A DNA stretch of 64,000 nucleotides from Mobula hypostoma (lineage: Eukaryota). The position numbers and the translations under genes are program-made. Shown here in pieces: positions 14,339 to 26,065 of the stretch (position 1 is the first letter of the stretch; the number at the start of each line of letters is the position of its first letter). Location of the stretch: NCBI RefSeq assembly GCF_963921235.1, contig NC_086097.1, positions 84,384,001 to 84,448,000 of the forward strand, written 5' to 3'. The notes under the pieces were generated by a model. That model had not been told where the DNA came from. It did no database searches and was given only the letters and a program-made list of their open reading frames with translations.

Positions 14339-14896
14339 CACTCAGTGCCCACTTCATAAGGTACACCTATACACTTGCTAATGCAAATATCTAATCAGCC
14401 AATCACGTGGCAGCTACTCAATGCGTAAAAGTATGCAGACATGGACAAGAGGTTCCATTGTTGTTCAGACTAAACATCAAAGTGGGGAAGAAATGTGATC
14501 TAAGTGACTTTGACTGTGGAATGATTGTTGGTGCCGGACGGCGTGGCTTAATATGAGAAACAGGTGATCTCCTGGAGTTTTCACACACAACAGTCTTTAG
14601 AGCTTATAGAGAATGGTGCGAAAAAAAAAATCAGGTGAGTGGCAGTTCTGTGGGTGCAAAAGCCTTGTTAATGAGAGAGGTCAGAGGAGAAAGGTCAGAC
14701 TGTTCAAGCTGACAAGAAGGTGACAGTAACTCAAATAACCACATGTTACAACAGTGGTGTGCAGAATAGCATCTTCTGAACACCCAACACGTTGAACCTT
14801 GAAGCAGATAGGCTACAGCAGCAGAAGACCATGAACATACTCTCAGCAGTCACTTTATTAGGTACAGCAGATACCTAATAAAGTTATCACTATGTG
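14339..14896 (+). mobile_element. Internally deleted Tc1-like transposon
   Basis: TA-flanked TIR cactcagtgcccacttcataaggtac. Decayed N-terminal HTH GKKCDLSDFDCGMIVGAGRRG...GDLLEFSHTTVFRAYREWCEK. Same family as 45904-46450. Confidence 0.85.
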
Positions 14897-15549
14897 TAAC
14901 TCTTTGCTCCTTTTAGGAGCTCTTCCAAAACTAGGAGGAAATTCCATGTTCTACTGCAGCTTATGTAAAGGGTTCTCACCTGGCATGTCTGCAAAGGAAA
15001 ATTTCTTCTATGCAGTTGGCTGTAGAATTATGAAAGTAATGTGTTCCAGAAAAGTTTTTAGTGTAACTTTGTAAGTTGAGAGAGCTGGACTAAGTATATT
15101 GTGGGAATCTTTAGTATAATGTATTTTAATATATGGAGAATTTTACACGATTCATTATAGTGGAAAATAGCTTTTTAGAGCCACTTATCCTGAAGGGTTA
15201 ATAGCACTCTAGTGAAATCTATTATAGAGCAAAACCTGTGTTGTGACAGATAGTCATTGCACTGATGCATTTACAAATGCAAGGTGCTGGGACTACTTGA
15301 GTCAAAGGCCAAGCCCCCTTGGGGATTCAGGGGGCACCCTTTCTGGAGAAATGTCTCCAGGCTTCAGAGGCAGCAAAAAGGCAGAAATGGGAAGTTAACC
15401 CCTCATGCTCTCAGATCTTCCCCTTTATTTCATTGGAACCTAATTAATTATTGAATAAAAAATCCTGTGACATGGGGAGTGCTTTGATGTGCTTCTCCAT
15501 TTTGTAGTGGATGGAAAGGAAATAGTAGACAACTGGGTGCTATGCTGAA

Positions 15550-15960
15550 AATATCCAGCTCCCATTTGCCCGCATTGGGTCCATGTCATTCTATGCCTTG
15601 CCTACTTAAGTGTCTGTCTAAATGTATCTTAAACAAGGTAATTCTGGCTGATTCCACCATCTGTTCCAACAGAGCTTTCCAGATATCGATCACTCTGTGT
15701 AAAAAAAAAAAGCCTTTAGCTTCAGATTCCCTTTAAAACTCGTGAATGTCACATTAAACCTGTGCTGTCTTGTTTTTGATGACCCTACAATGGGAAAAAG
15801 ATATTGACAATCTATCGAGGCTTCCACCAAGCCACTCCTCCTTGCTTCTATTGCTCCAGGGAAAAACAGCCCAGCCTATCCAATCCCACCCCATAACCGA
15901 AGTCATGCAATCCAGGAAACAACCTTGTGAATGACCCCTGCACTCTCTCCAGTGCAATCA
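15550..15960 (-). mobile_element. Degenerate CR1-type LINE 3' fragment
   Basis: ccaccatctgttccaacagagctttccagatatcgatcactctgtgtaaaaaa is the reverse of FFTQRVxxxWKAL; cactctctccagtgcaatc also fits. Confidence 0.6.
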
Positions 15961-16162
15961 CTTCCTTTACATCTCCTAACTTTCACCTTAAAGCCAAATC
16001 TTTCATATCACTGCAATTTTTGTCCTGATACATTGGACAACAGTCTAGATCTCAGCAAGGGTACAGCATCTGCCCTGGATATGTGACTTCAGTTTCTCCC
16101 AGCAGTGGCTCTGTTTATAAAAGAAGGATCTAGTGTTTTCCCAGCATACTGTTTATGACAAA

Positions 16163-16693
16163 TAAACTCTTCTCGCCTGGCAAGCCGGGTACAGATATCA
16201 ATTATAACTGGTGTTTTGATGACAAACTCTGCTATCTTCATCAGGGATGATGCCTGGGCATGTCTAGTCCGGTGGTATTTATACCCCATTGTCCATCCCT
16301 CCTGATTGGTTCGTCCTCATGTGGGAGAGGTTTCTGCTCCCCCACTGTGTTACAACAGAATTTCAGCTCTTACTTAGAGCGAGACCTTCTCTGTTGTTAA
16401 GATTATTTTCCTGCCGAAGGAAGCCATTGAAATAAAACCGGAGGAAAAGAATTCTAACAAAGATGAAAGTCTCGCTCCAAGTAAGAACTGGAATTCAATT
16501 GTAAACAAGGTGGAAGAGCGGAAGCCTGATTGATTAGTTCTCATCCAATCAGGAGGGACGGAATACAGGGGTTTCCATACTGCCAGCCTGGACGTTCCCA
16601 GGCATGATCCCTGAAGAAGATGGCATTGTCTGTCATTGAAAGGCCTGTTATAATTGATACTTGTACCCGGCTTGAAACCCAAGAAGAGTTTTA
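16163..16693. mobile_element. Penelope-like (Poseidon-type) insertion made of two ~250-bp inverted arms
   Basis: The right arm encodes KEAIEIKPEEKNSNKDESLAPSKNWNSIVNK from 16417, a GIY-YIG C-terminal motif. The left arm is a diverged reverse complement (caagccgggtaca..atcaattataac vs gttataattgatacttgtacccggcttg). Each arm has a hammerhead-like core. Confidence 0.8.
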
Positions 16694-17346
16694 GAGGCTC
16701 CGAAATCCAGCACTGACCAAGCTGATAAGAAGCAAGTAATATTGCCTACACTTGTGCTGGATCAGTGATCACTTCTTTCAAGAGACGGAGAGAACAGCCA
16801 TCGGTACAACTTTCAACAAGATTTCCTGCTGTCAACATCCTGCAGGTCACCATTGATCAGAAACTTGACTAGATCAAGACCATCAACACTCTGGACTGAG
16901 AGTGTGAAACTTCTCCTCCTGAGCCTCTTCACCATCCAAAATACTCACGTTGGCAATGTTTTCAGAGTGAGTGCAGCTATAGCACTTACAGCTGGATCTC
17001 CAGAACAAACATGACATCCACCTTTTTCCCCTTTAGAGCTTTTTTCCCCTCTAGAGGCCGCAGTGCTGTACAAAAGTACAAAAACAATGTTATTGCTCTG
17101 ACAGCATCTTCCATATCCAACACAGGACAGCATATGTTCAAATTTGTTTAATTATCATTCAACCATACATGAATACAGCCTATCAAAACAGCACAAGGCA
17201 CACACAGCCCATTCACGATAGGAAGCAAACATCCAGTCACTCAAAACAAAAAAAGGGATCTGAATAAGAAGTTTTCCACCCGGAAGACGATTGCAATCTG
17301 GGTAGGTTGTGGAGGTAGACATACTTAGAACACTTAGGAAGTATCT

Positions 17347-17980
17347 GGTTGGCATCCATCTGTCTCCAAGGACAATGGGTGATGATGATGATCATCATCA
17401 TCACTAGCTTGGGTGGAAGGTGTGGAGATTGAGATGCCCAGTCAACAAGTTCCCCCTCTCGGTCTCACCAGTGTAGTCCAAAGGAAAGCTTTTGAAGCAA
17501 TACATTTGGCATCAGCTCGGCTGCAGGAGCTGCCAGAAGGATGTTCAATGACGTCCAGCCATCTTAGGGACTTCACCCCGGATTTGCTGTCTGGGTTTAC
17601 TCCTATAAACTTCGACTCTCCCGAGGCTGCCCACAAGGCAGTGGGGCTACTTGCCCATAGCTGGGGATCTGCTTCACGAGCCCAGGGCATGTCCACACAC
17701 CGGTGGGCCTGCGTGCTATGCGTGCAGGGGCCAGACCTCTTCCCTGTCTTCTGTAGTTCAGCCTGTGTCAGAAAGGAGTTCAGTTTCTGTGAGTCGCCAG
17801 CGAGGAGGCACTACATGAGGCTTGCTTTTGGAAAGGCTGTGTTTTGGCAGGGAGAGACGTACACATTCACCTCTCCTTTTCGCAAGACTGCTAGTCAGCG
17901 GCGGAGGCTGAAAGCGAGGGCGACAAGCACTACTCACTACACCACCACACACGACGCATCCCAACAACCATTTTGACACA
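17347..17980 (-). mobile_element. ORF-less RTE-clade-derived non-autonomous retroposon (~630 bp)
   Basis: The minus-strand 3' end ccattgtccttggagacagatggatgcc resembles RTE-type tails, and the body is GC-rich and 5'UTR-like. It interrupts an older CR1 3' fragment, with tatct duplicated at 17342-17346 and 17981-17985. Confidence 0.7.
17752..17937 (-). ncRNA. HDV-like (delta) self-cleaving ribozyme fold with large J1/2 insertion; this copy is probably partly decayed
   Basis: Minus strand: P1 GTGAGTA/GACTCAC, P2 TGTAGT/ACTACA, P3 GCC/GGC, L3 TCCTCGCT, P1.1 position AG (GG expected), short P4, J4/2 CTGA (CNRA). All elements occur in the correct nested order. Confidence 0.75.
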
Positions 17981-18059
17981 TATCTAGTCACATGCATATC
18001 ATCAGGGCATAGAAGGCTATGAACCAAGTGCTGGTAAATGGGATTAGATTAGGGTGCAA

Positions 18060-19150
18060 TGAGAGTTCACAGAGTAAACAGTAAAGAGTCTAAAAGTGAG
18101 TGCAAGAGAAAAACCAGAATGTTGTGAAGATCATGCTGTAACCTGATGTGGTGCTGAGAAAAAGGTACTCAAGTAAGAGTTGTGGAGTAGCAGAGAGGCA
18201 GAGGCAGAGGTAAGAGTACATGGTAGCACCACCGAGAGCAGAGTGTGAAAGAGGCGATTGGTTCAGGAGCCTGACAGCAGCGGGGAAGAAGCTGTTCCAA
18301 TGTCTGGACGTCTGGGCGTTCAAGTTCCTGCAACTTCTCCCAGAAGGTAGAAGAATGCAGAGAGGGAATGGACAGGGCAGCAGGCGTCTGTGACAATTCT
18401 AGTAGCCTTCCTGAAGCAACGCACCATGAAGGTGGCTTGCTGGAAGGCAGTGATGAAGCTGAGAGGGACTGGGCTGTGTCTGGCACCATCTGCCGGTTCA
18501 GTCGGTCAGGGACAACCAGCTACCATACCAAGCTGAAATGCGACCCATCAGGGTGCGTTGTTCAGTGTTTCTGAGAAAGTGCTGACCTTCGCAGGTGCCT
18601 ACTAAAGTGAATATGCGGTGTGCTTTCTTGCTCACCACATCAGTGTGGAGTGACCAGGTTAGGTTGCAGGTGATATGGATACCAAGGATCCTAAAGCTTT
18701 TGACCAATTCTACAGCAGTTGGTGAGGACACAGTGTTTGCCCCTCCCCCACTTCCATGGGTCGACAGCCAACTCTTTTGACTTGCCGATGTTAAGGGCCA
18801 GGTTGTTGTTCTGACACAAAGCTCACAATATCTTTCTTGCAGTCCACCTCCTCATTGTTGTTGACCCAACCAATAATGAGTGCCATTGGCAAACTGAAAG
18901 ACTGAGTTGGTGCTGTAATTGGCCATGCAGTCATAGGTATATGGGCAGTACAGAAGGGAATCAAATACACAATCCTAAAGAGCACCGCATGTGTTGAGGG
19001 CCAGGATGGATGAAATGTTTTGACCAACTCTAACTGACTGAGGTCTGCCAGAGAGGAAATCAAGAAGCCAGTTGCAATCCCAAGGCCAGCATTGAGAAGT
19101 TAGAGATGAGTTCAATTGGTATTATGGTGTTGAAACCTGAGCTGTATTCA
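18060..19150 (-). mobile_element. Degenerate Rex1/Babar-type LINE fragment (RT C-terminal half)
   Basis: Frames give VELVKSFRILGIHITCNLTWSLHTDVVSKKAHR and NAQTSRHWNSFFPAAVRLLN; multiple frameshifts. Confidence 0.8.
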
Positions 19151-19689
19151 ATGAGTAGATGTTCTCACAACCAACAATCTCACTTTAAGGACTTCTTATC
19201 TTGTTTGTTACTTCATGCTCTCGTTATTTATTGCTATTTACTGATATTTGCATTTGCACAGTTTATTGTCTTCTGTGCTCTACTTGCTCGTTAATTGATC
19301 CTGTTTATAGTTAATATTCTATAGATTTGCTGAGTATGCCCACAGGGAAAAAAGAACCTCAGGGCTGTATGTGGTGACATTTATGTACTCTAATAATAAA
19401 ACTTACTTTGAACTTTAAAACATAAGTACTTGATGGTGTGGACATAGTGGACTTTCCCCATGCTGCATGACTGATCTGTAGCCTTTTTTAAGTAAACACT
19501 GAATTTAAGATACTAAATTGGAAGCTCAAGCAAATGATTATTTTGCTACGCTCACCTCTCCATCTCCTTTTAATGCTCTGAAAGGACACAATGCTGTCGG
19601 TGTCTACTTTCCAGAGGTGTTAGCACCTTGCCCCCTTCTCATCGCATCTTTGCATGCAAGTACTTTACCTTTCCCCCTGTCATCTGAGG

Positions 19690-19985
19690 ACCCAAACATC
19701 CCTTCCAAATGAAACATGGATTTACTCCAATTTAGTGTTTGGCAGTCAATGCTCACAACGTAGTTTCCACATCATCGGAAAAGCCAAATACAGGTTTGGC
19801 GACCACTTAGCAGGACACCTCAGTAAACTCTGCAAGCTCAACACGGAGCTTCCTGCCACTTTAACTTGATGTAAGCACCTCAACCTGAAGAGTTGGGGTT
19901 TCTCTCTCTCTGCTTACTCCCTGACCTCCTGAGTGTTTCCAGTATTTTCTGCATTTGAGCTTTCCAGCAATTGCAGTATTTAGAT
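19690..19985 (+). mobile_element. Old Penelope-like GIY-YIG fragment with terminus
   Basis: NLVFGSQCSQRSFHIIGKAKYRFGDHLAGHL, then ctgacctcctgagtgtttccagtattttctg. Confidence 0.6.
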
Positions 19986-21937
19986 TTTGGACTATTGTTC
20001 ATATTGCTAATTTTTATTTTTAGTTGTTGCCTCTTGTTAAGTCAGAATGTCAAGGATCACATAACAGAATATATTAATGAGGACATAATTGTAATTCGAC
20101 ACAAGGCATATAAGACTTTACCTGAGAGATTATGAAAACAAAACACACAGACTCTCTGGATGTAGGAATTCACAGAAATTTAACAAATTTAACATGTCAA
20201 TTACTTTCCAAGTCAGAATCCTGTACACATTTAGAATAGATTAAAAGTCCAGTGGATTCAGGGAAAATGAGAAAACTGATGTGTTGTGCAATTAGTTTGT
20301 GTGGAGAACTCTATAGTGAAACTGCCTGTGTGAAGTTCCTGGAACCTCCTTACAGTTGTTAATGCTGAACGAGAAGACTCGTGATTAGTGCCAGTTGCCC
20401 TGCTTTGCTCCATGTTAAACTGGAATAGCATGAGTGTGAAAGCAAATTCTCTTTAAACCTGGCTAAATTTAAACAAATCCTTTTACAGCTCTGCTCTCTA
20501 TCAGTAACCTAGCAATCAAACTGGAAAAGCTTTGAAATGTTTTGCTCAAAAGTTGTTTGGGGAAATAAAATAAAAGCTCTTGCAGAAATCATATCTTGAG
20601 TGTGAAGAGTTGTCTGGGTCGGGGTTGGATCATGAATTGAACGTTGGGGGTGGAGGTAAGTGCCTCACCTACAGCTTTCCAATATCTGGCAGTCATTGTG
20701 TCTCTTTGTCCCTGTGGTTTGTTCAGCGTGAGTTCAAGACAGTTTGCTGAGCGGAATTGTCATTTGTGCCAGGTCAGTTTGTTCAGGTGCACTTTTCAGA
20801 ATTGTCCTCCCAACACAATGCCCGGCCACATCTGTTTGATGGTGTATTAGTTGATGTTTTCTCCACCAGCTGCGTTCGCTCAAGCTAAACGTGATAAAAA
20901 AGCTCACTCATTGTGGAGTGTTCCTCTTGCGTGGCAAAACACAAGAGAGGATTTAGTACAGATGACATGTTTCAAGGGAAGGTCTTGGCAGCAAGCTCTT
21001 TGTGTAGCACTAGCGTGCTACAACATTCGAGTTTGTTTGTCTTGCAGTAATGAGCTGATTGTACTTTGACAGACAAAAGTCTGAATTCAGTAGAAATTAC
21101 TTGCTGCAGTTTCTCAAACAGGTGCTACTTGATGACCCCAGAGCTGACAGGAAACTAATGCTTGCTTGAACTGAGCATGACTCATTGTATTGAAGCAGCA
21201 CTGATGCTGAGGGTACAGCTCTGGACTTGTTCTAAACTTACTGCTTGAAAACCGTATGAATGTGTGCAATTTAATACAAAGTGTGTGTGAAAATATTTCT
21301 GCTGTCCCATGACGTGCATTGTGATAGATCCTTCCTTATACATACATTCAACTTCTGTGTCCATTATTTAAGTCTTTGTCTTTTGAACTATCCACATTCT
21401 CTGAAGAATTCCATCATTTCCAATTATATATTATAATTTAATATTTTTTGCAGATGTCTTTTTTTCCACCTTGCAGCAGAGACTCATGTATTATATGAAA
21501 ACATGACTGAAGTTTTACTGAATTTGAAATCTCCACCTTGTATTTCATTATCAAATGCTATCAATTTGGGTCTTTGAGCATAACTCGGAAAACAGGGAGC
21601 CTTCAGCCTTCTCTATTAAAGATCAATTCCAGAGGTTTATGGATAATCTATAGGCCAGTGCTGCCAGCCCAGTAGAGATGGGTGCTATATTGTCGGAGAG
21701 GTTAATCTTGCGCTGTAATCCAAGGCAGGTGTAAAGGACAGTAGATGAAAAGATCCCCATGTTGAGGTGTACAAAACGGAGCAAGGGTGCTCTGAAGAAT
21801 ATTTAATCCTGAAGTAGCATTACTAAAATAAGTAATCTGGTTATTGATTTAATTTCTATTTATGGGACTTTGCAGTGCCAAATTTGTACAGGTTAATTCC
21901 CACATTACAGTCATTACTTGCCAATATAAAGAATGGA

Positions 21938-22105
21938 TCCAGCCGGTGGTATAGTGGCATCAGCACCAGACTTTGAGGCAAATGGTCTCGAGTTCCGGCT
22001 GGCTCTTTGCACGCTTTCCATCCTGGCAACTCGGCCTTGATTATATATTTAAAAAACGGCAAATGCTACAAAACAGGCAATGCGCCACAAGGTGTGAAAA
22101 GGAAC
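21938..22105 (+). mobile_element. tRNA-derived SINE (related to 39677-39921)
   Basis: A-box-like ggtggtatagtggc and B-box-like gagttc. Shares gcacgctttccatcc and actcggcc with the 39677 copy. Confidence 0.7.
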
Positions 22106-22119
22106 AGTACCAATAAAGA

Positions 22120-22480
22120 GAGAAAGTTGTATTTTTATGGTACATTTCCTGACCTTGAAATATTTTGGACCCTGCTTAGTCAATGAGGTCCCGTTGAAGA
22201 AGAGCTATTGATCAAGTGCAGTGAACTGGAGCAGATACAGCACACAACAAGCTCCCACAAACAGCAATGTGTTCTATGATCGCATCCAGTTTTGTACTGT
22301 TGATGGGAAGTCAAATATTAGCCAAGTTACACAGGCATGGAGGAAGGAACATTTCCTGCACTTATTCGTAATCATGTATCATTTTCACATGTGTTTGGTT
22401 GGGTGAATTGCGTTGTAATTGAAACCACCAACTGCTGTTCTTGTGATGAACATTCTACTGTTTAATGCACAGGAGATGGA
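22120..22480 (-). mobile_element. Ancient Deu-domain SINE (SacSINE1/AmnSINE1-like)
   Basis: caagctcccacaaacagcaatgtg and aaatattagcca are the reverse complement of the Deu core cacattgctgtttgtgggagcttg. Related degenerate copies lie near 21750-21925, 34215-34360 and 59620-59830. Confidence 0.6.
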
Positions 22481-22829
22481 ACACCATCAATCCAAGCAGT
22501 GATTCTGTTAGATTGAGTATGACTTTCTAATGAGCTGCAGCCTGTCAGCATACAGTTCCCCTGCCCATTGATCTTATGGACATGGTGTTGATTAATTTTG
22601 TTCCTGTTTTGTCAGTTTCTGGAAAACAATACAGTAGTCCCTACCTTGCATCAATGTATCGAGCTGAACCCAAAACATACAGGGAAGAAAGGTTCAGATG
22701 TCTGGCAATGAAAATATTAAGCATTATCAGTAAATATTACTGAGTACCTATAAAAATTAGTGATTGTATTTAGATGATCGATGTCCATTGAAGTTGAGGG
22801 ATGTGGAGAGAAAGCTGGAAAGCAGTGTT

Positions 22830-23990
22830 ATAGAGTCATAGAACGCTACAGCACAGAAACAGACCCTTCAACCCATCTAGTCCATGCTATGTATCTACCC
22901 AGTCCCATCGATCTGCACCCAGACTATAACCTTCCATACCCTTCCCATCCATTTAGCTGTCCAAGTTTCTCTTAAATATTGAAATCAAACCAGAATCCAC
23001 CACCTCTACTGGCAGCTCGTTCCACAGTCTCACCACCCTCTGAGTGAAGAAGTTCCCCCCCTCATGTTCCCCTTAAACATTTCACCCTTAACCCATGATA
23101 TCTAGTTCTAGTCTCACCCAATCTCACTGGAAAAAACCTTCTTGCATTTACCCTATCTATACCCCTCATAATTTTCCCTCAATCTTCTACGTTCTAGGGA
23201 ATAAAGTTCTAAGCTAGTCAACCTTTCCCTATAACTCAGGTCCTCAAGTCCTGGCAACATACTTCTAAATTTTCTTTGCACTCTTTCAACCTTATTGATA
23301 TCTTTTCTGTACATGGATAGCCAAAACTGCACACACTACACCAAATTAGGTCTCACCAATGCATTGATACAACTTCAATATAACATCCCCACTCCTGAAC
23401 TCAGTGCCTTGATCTATGAAGGCCAACATGCCAAGAGCTTTCTTTACGATGCTATCTACCTGTGACACCACTTTCAATGAATTATGGTCCTGTATTTATG
23501 GATCCCTCTTTTCTACTACACTCCTCAGTGCCATACCGCTCACCTCGTAAGTCCTACTCCGGTTGGTTCTCCCAAAGTGCAACACCTCACACTTGTCTGC
23601 ATTATATTCCATCTACCATTTTTCAAGCCATCTTTCCAGCTGGTCCAGATCCGGCTGAAAACTTTGATAATCTTCCTCACTAAACTACATCCCCAATCTT
23701 AGTGTCATCCGCATATTTGCTGATCCAGTTTCTTATATTATCATCCTGATCACTGATGTAGATGGCAAGCAACAGCAGACCCAGCACCAATCCCCGCGGC
23801 ACTTAATCACAGGCCTCCAGTCAGACAGGCAACTATCTACTACCACTCTCTGGCTGCTCCTGTGAAGCCAATGTCTAATCCAATTTACTGCCTCGCCCTG
23901 AATGCCAACCGGACTGAACCTTTTTGATCAACCTCCCATGTAGGACCTTGTCAAAGGCCTTGCTAAAGTCCATGTGGACAATGTCCACTA
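22830..23990 (-). mobile_element. Degenerate CR1 LINE RT fragment
   Basis: The reverse strand reads VDIVHMDFSKAFDKV (ccttgtcaaaggccttgctaaagtccatg) and SKYADDTKIG, through to an agagtcatagaa tail. Confidence 0.85.
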
Positions 23991-24159
23991 AGAGTGAGCC
24001 AGATTTCAGCAGATAGCAACCCATCTGTGAAATGAGGTCTGACCTTCCAGTTAACGTGATCTGGCTGGCTGGTTAACAGCGGTACAGAACATAACACTGT
24101 ACTCACTGGACTTTAGTGAAATGTGTTGGGATCCCATTGAAACCTACTGAATGTTGAAA

Positions 24160-24478
24160 GAACTAGGTAAGGTGGGTGTGGAGGATGTTTCTTCTGGTGG
24201 GGATATCTGAGGGGTAACCTTTTAGAACGGAAGTAATGAGGATTTTTTGTTTAGCTGATGAATGTGGAATGCTCTGCCTCAGACTGTGGTGGAGGCCAAG
24301 TCCGTGGGTATATTCAAAGCAGAAGTTGGTAGATTCCTGATTGATCAGGGCTTCAGGGGATATGGTGAGAGGGCAGGTATATGGGGTTGAATGGGACTTG
24401 GAATCAGCCATGATGAAATGGCGGAGTGGACTTGATGGGCTGAATGGCCTATTTCTGCTCCTATGTCTTATGGTCTTA
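24160..24478 (+). mobile_element. CR1 3' end fragment
   Basis: Ends gatgggctgaatggcctatttctgctcctatgtcttatggtcttat, the CR1 stem-loop plus tail. Confidence 0.75.
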
Positions 24479-25789
24479 TACCACTGTGCTTGCTGCTGCA
24501 GTTCGGGTGAGGGGACGCTGGGGGCAGTGTAGTGTGGCGTCCGTGCCCGGTTGGGGGCTGGCCTGTTGCAACAGTGCTGCCCTCTAGTGTTTGATCTTGG
24601 CCCCAGAGGCATGCTGTCTCATTTGACTATATTCTTGCATGATGAATAAACTTGATTAGATTTGATTTGTTCAATTACAGTGAATTGCCTCATAGAAGGT
24701 GCCCTGATGGGATATAGATTCCTCTTGGGTTCCATTTTGGATTCATCTTTTCCATGGAACAGAGGAAGCTACTCGGCCTGTTGAAAGAGGCCTACTTCAA
24801 AGAGCAATTCCAGCAGTCTGCACCTATTTCCTTATAACCTATTCTGTCTTGTCTTTCCATTAATTTGCCTCCTAATCTTTAATCATCCACCTCTTCCTCT
24901 AATTCAGTAATGATTTAGCCTAGTTGGTGTGTCTTTTGGGAGGCGAGGGGAAATTGAAGCACACAGTGCAGTCATGGAAAAAGCCAGGGGTCCAGATCGA
25001 AATGCTAGAGCTGCGAGACATTAGCTCCATTTGGTGCATCACTGTACCACTCGGAGCTTCATACTACTTTATAAGAAAATTGTCATTTCTAAGATCCAAC
25101 CAAACAAAGAGGGAATGGAACTTTAGAGAAGGTGCTGAAATTATGATGATTCCAATGTTGTAACCAGAGAGTCAGAATTTAAAAAAATAATTTTAAACTG
25201 GTGGAGGAGCTCTGTGATCTCCACAGTATTAGTTATTGTGCTTTATAGACTTTGAAAATTAAGGACACATTAGCAGTATTGCATTACAATATATAATGTG
25301 TAAGATTTGTGGGGTGTGTTTTTCTATGGCTGCTTCTGATCTGTGTCTGTTAACCCCATTCAGGTTGTTAAATTGCTTGTTCTGCATTACTATTTAAAAA
25401 TCCTCTTCCTGAGTCATTTTTCCATTAAACAAAAGGATAAATTGAATAAGAACTCAAAATGGCTTTCTGCCAGATGTCCTGTTGCCAAGTGAATGATGTC
25501 ATTGATGGGCTATTATGCCTTCAAGCCCATGATGTCATTGCCTTTTATTTACTTAGTGTGCTGACCTATAGCACGTATGCAGATTGGAAGAAGTAACTAG
25601 GTTCAATTTACCCGTTTGTTTGTTTATTGTTCTGCTGGCAAATTGAGCATTTCATGGCCAGCCCTAATCGGTCTGGAGCTAGCGTTGGTGGACTGAAGTC
25701 TATGAGGTGTTCGTACTCCTCCTCTGGCATCGCCCAAGAGTTTGAGAATTACAACTCAGTTATCAAGAAGATATGCCTATTACTCCCCC

Positions 25790-26065
25790 CTGGGTCCCCA
25801 CCAGCTTCCCTTTCTCCTACAGTCCACTTTCCTCTCCGATCAGATTCTTTCTTCTCCAGCCCTTGATCTTTCCTACCCATTTGGCTTCACCTATCACCTT
25901 CCAGCCAGCCTCTTTCCCCTCCTCACCCCAACCTTTTTACTCTGGCATCTTTCCCACCCCCCTCAGTCCTGAAGAAGGGCCTTGACCTGAAACATCAACT
26001 GTTTACTCTTTTCCACAGATGCTGCCTGACCTGCTAGGTTCCTCCAGCACTTTATGTGTGTTGCT
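25790..26065 (+). mobile_element. Penelope-like terminal fragment with hammerhead motif (25964-26001)
   Basis: cagtc ctgaaga aggg ccttga cct gaaacatc aactg, then gatgctgcctgacctgct. Confidence 0.8.

Noticed and set aside
17413..17976. 187-aa ORF
   Set aside because: Antisense to the GC-rich RTE-derived element; no protein motifs.
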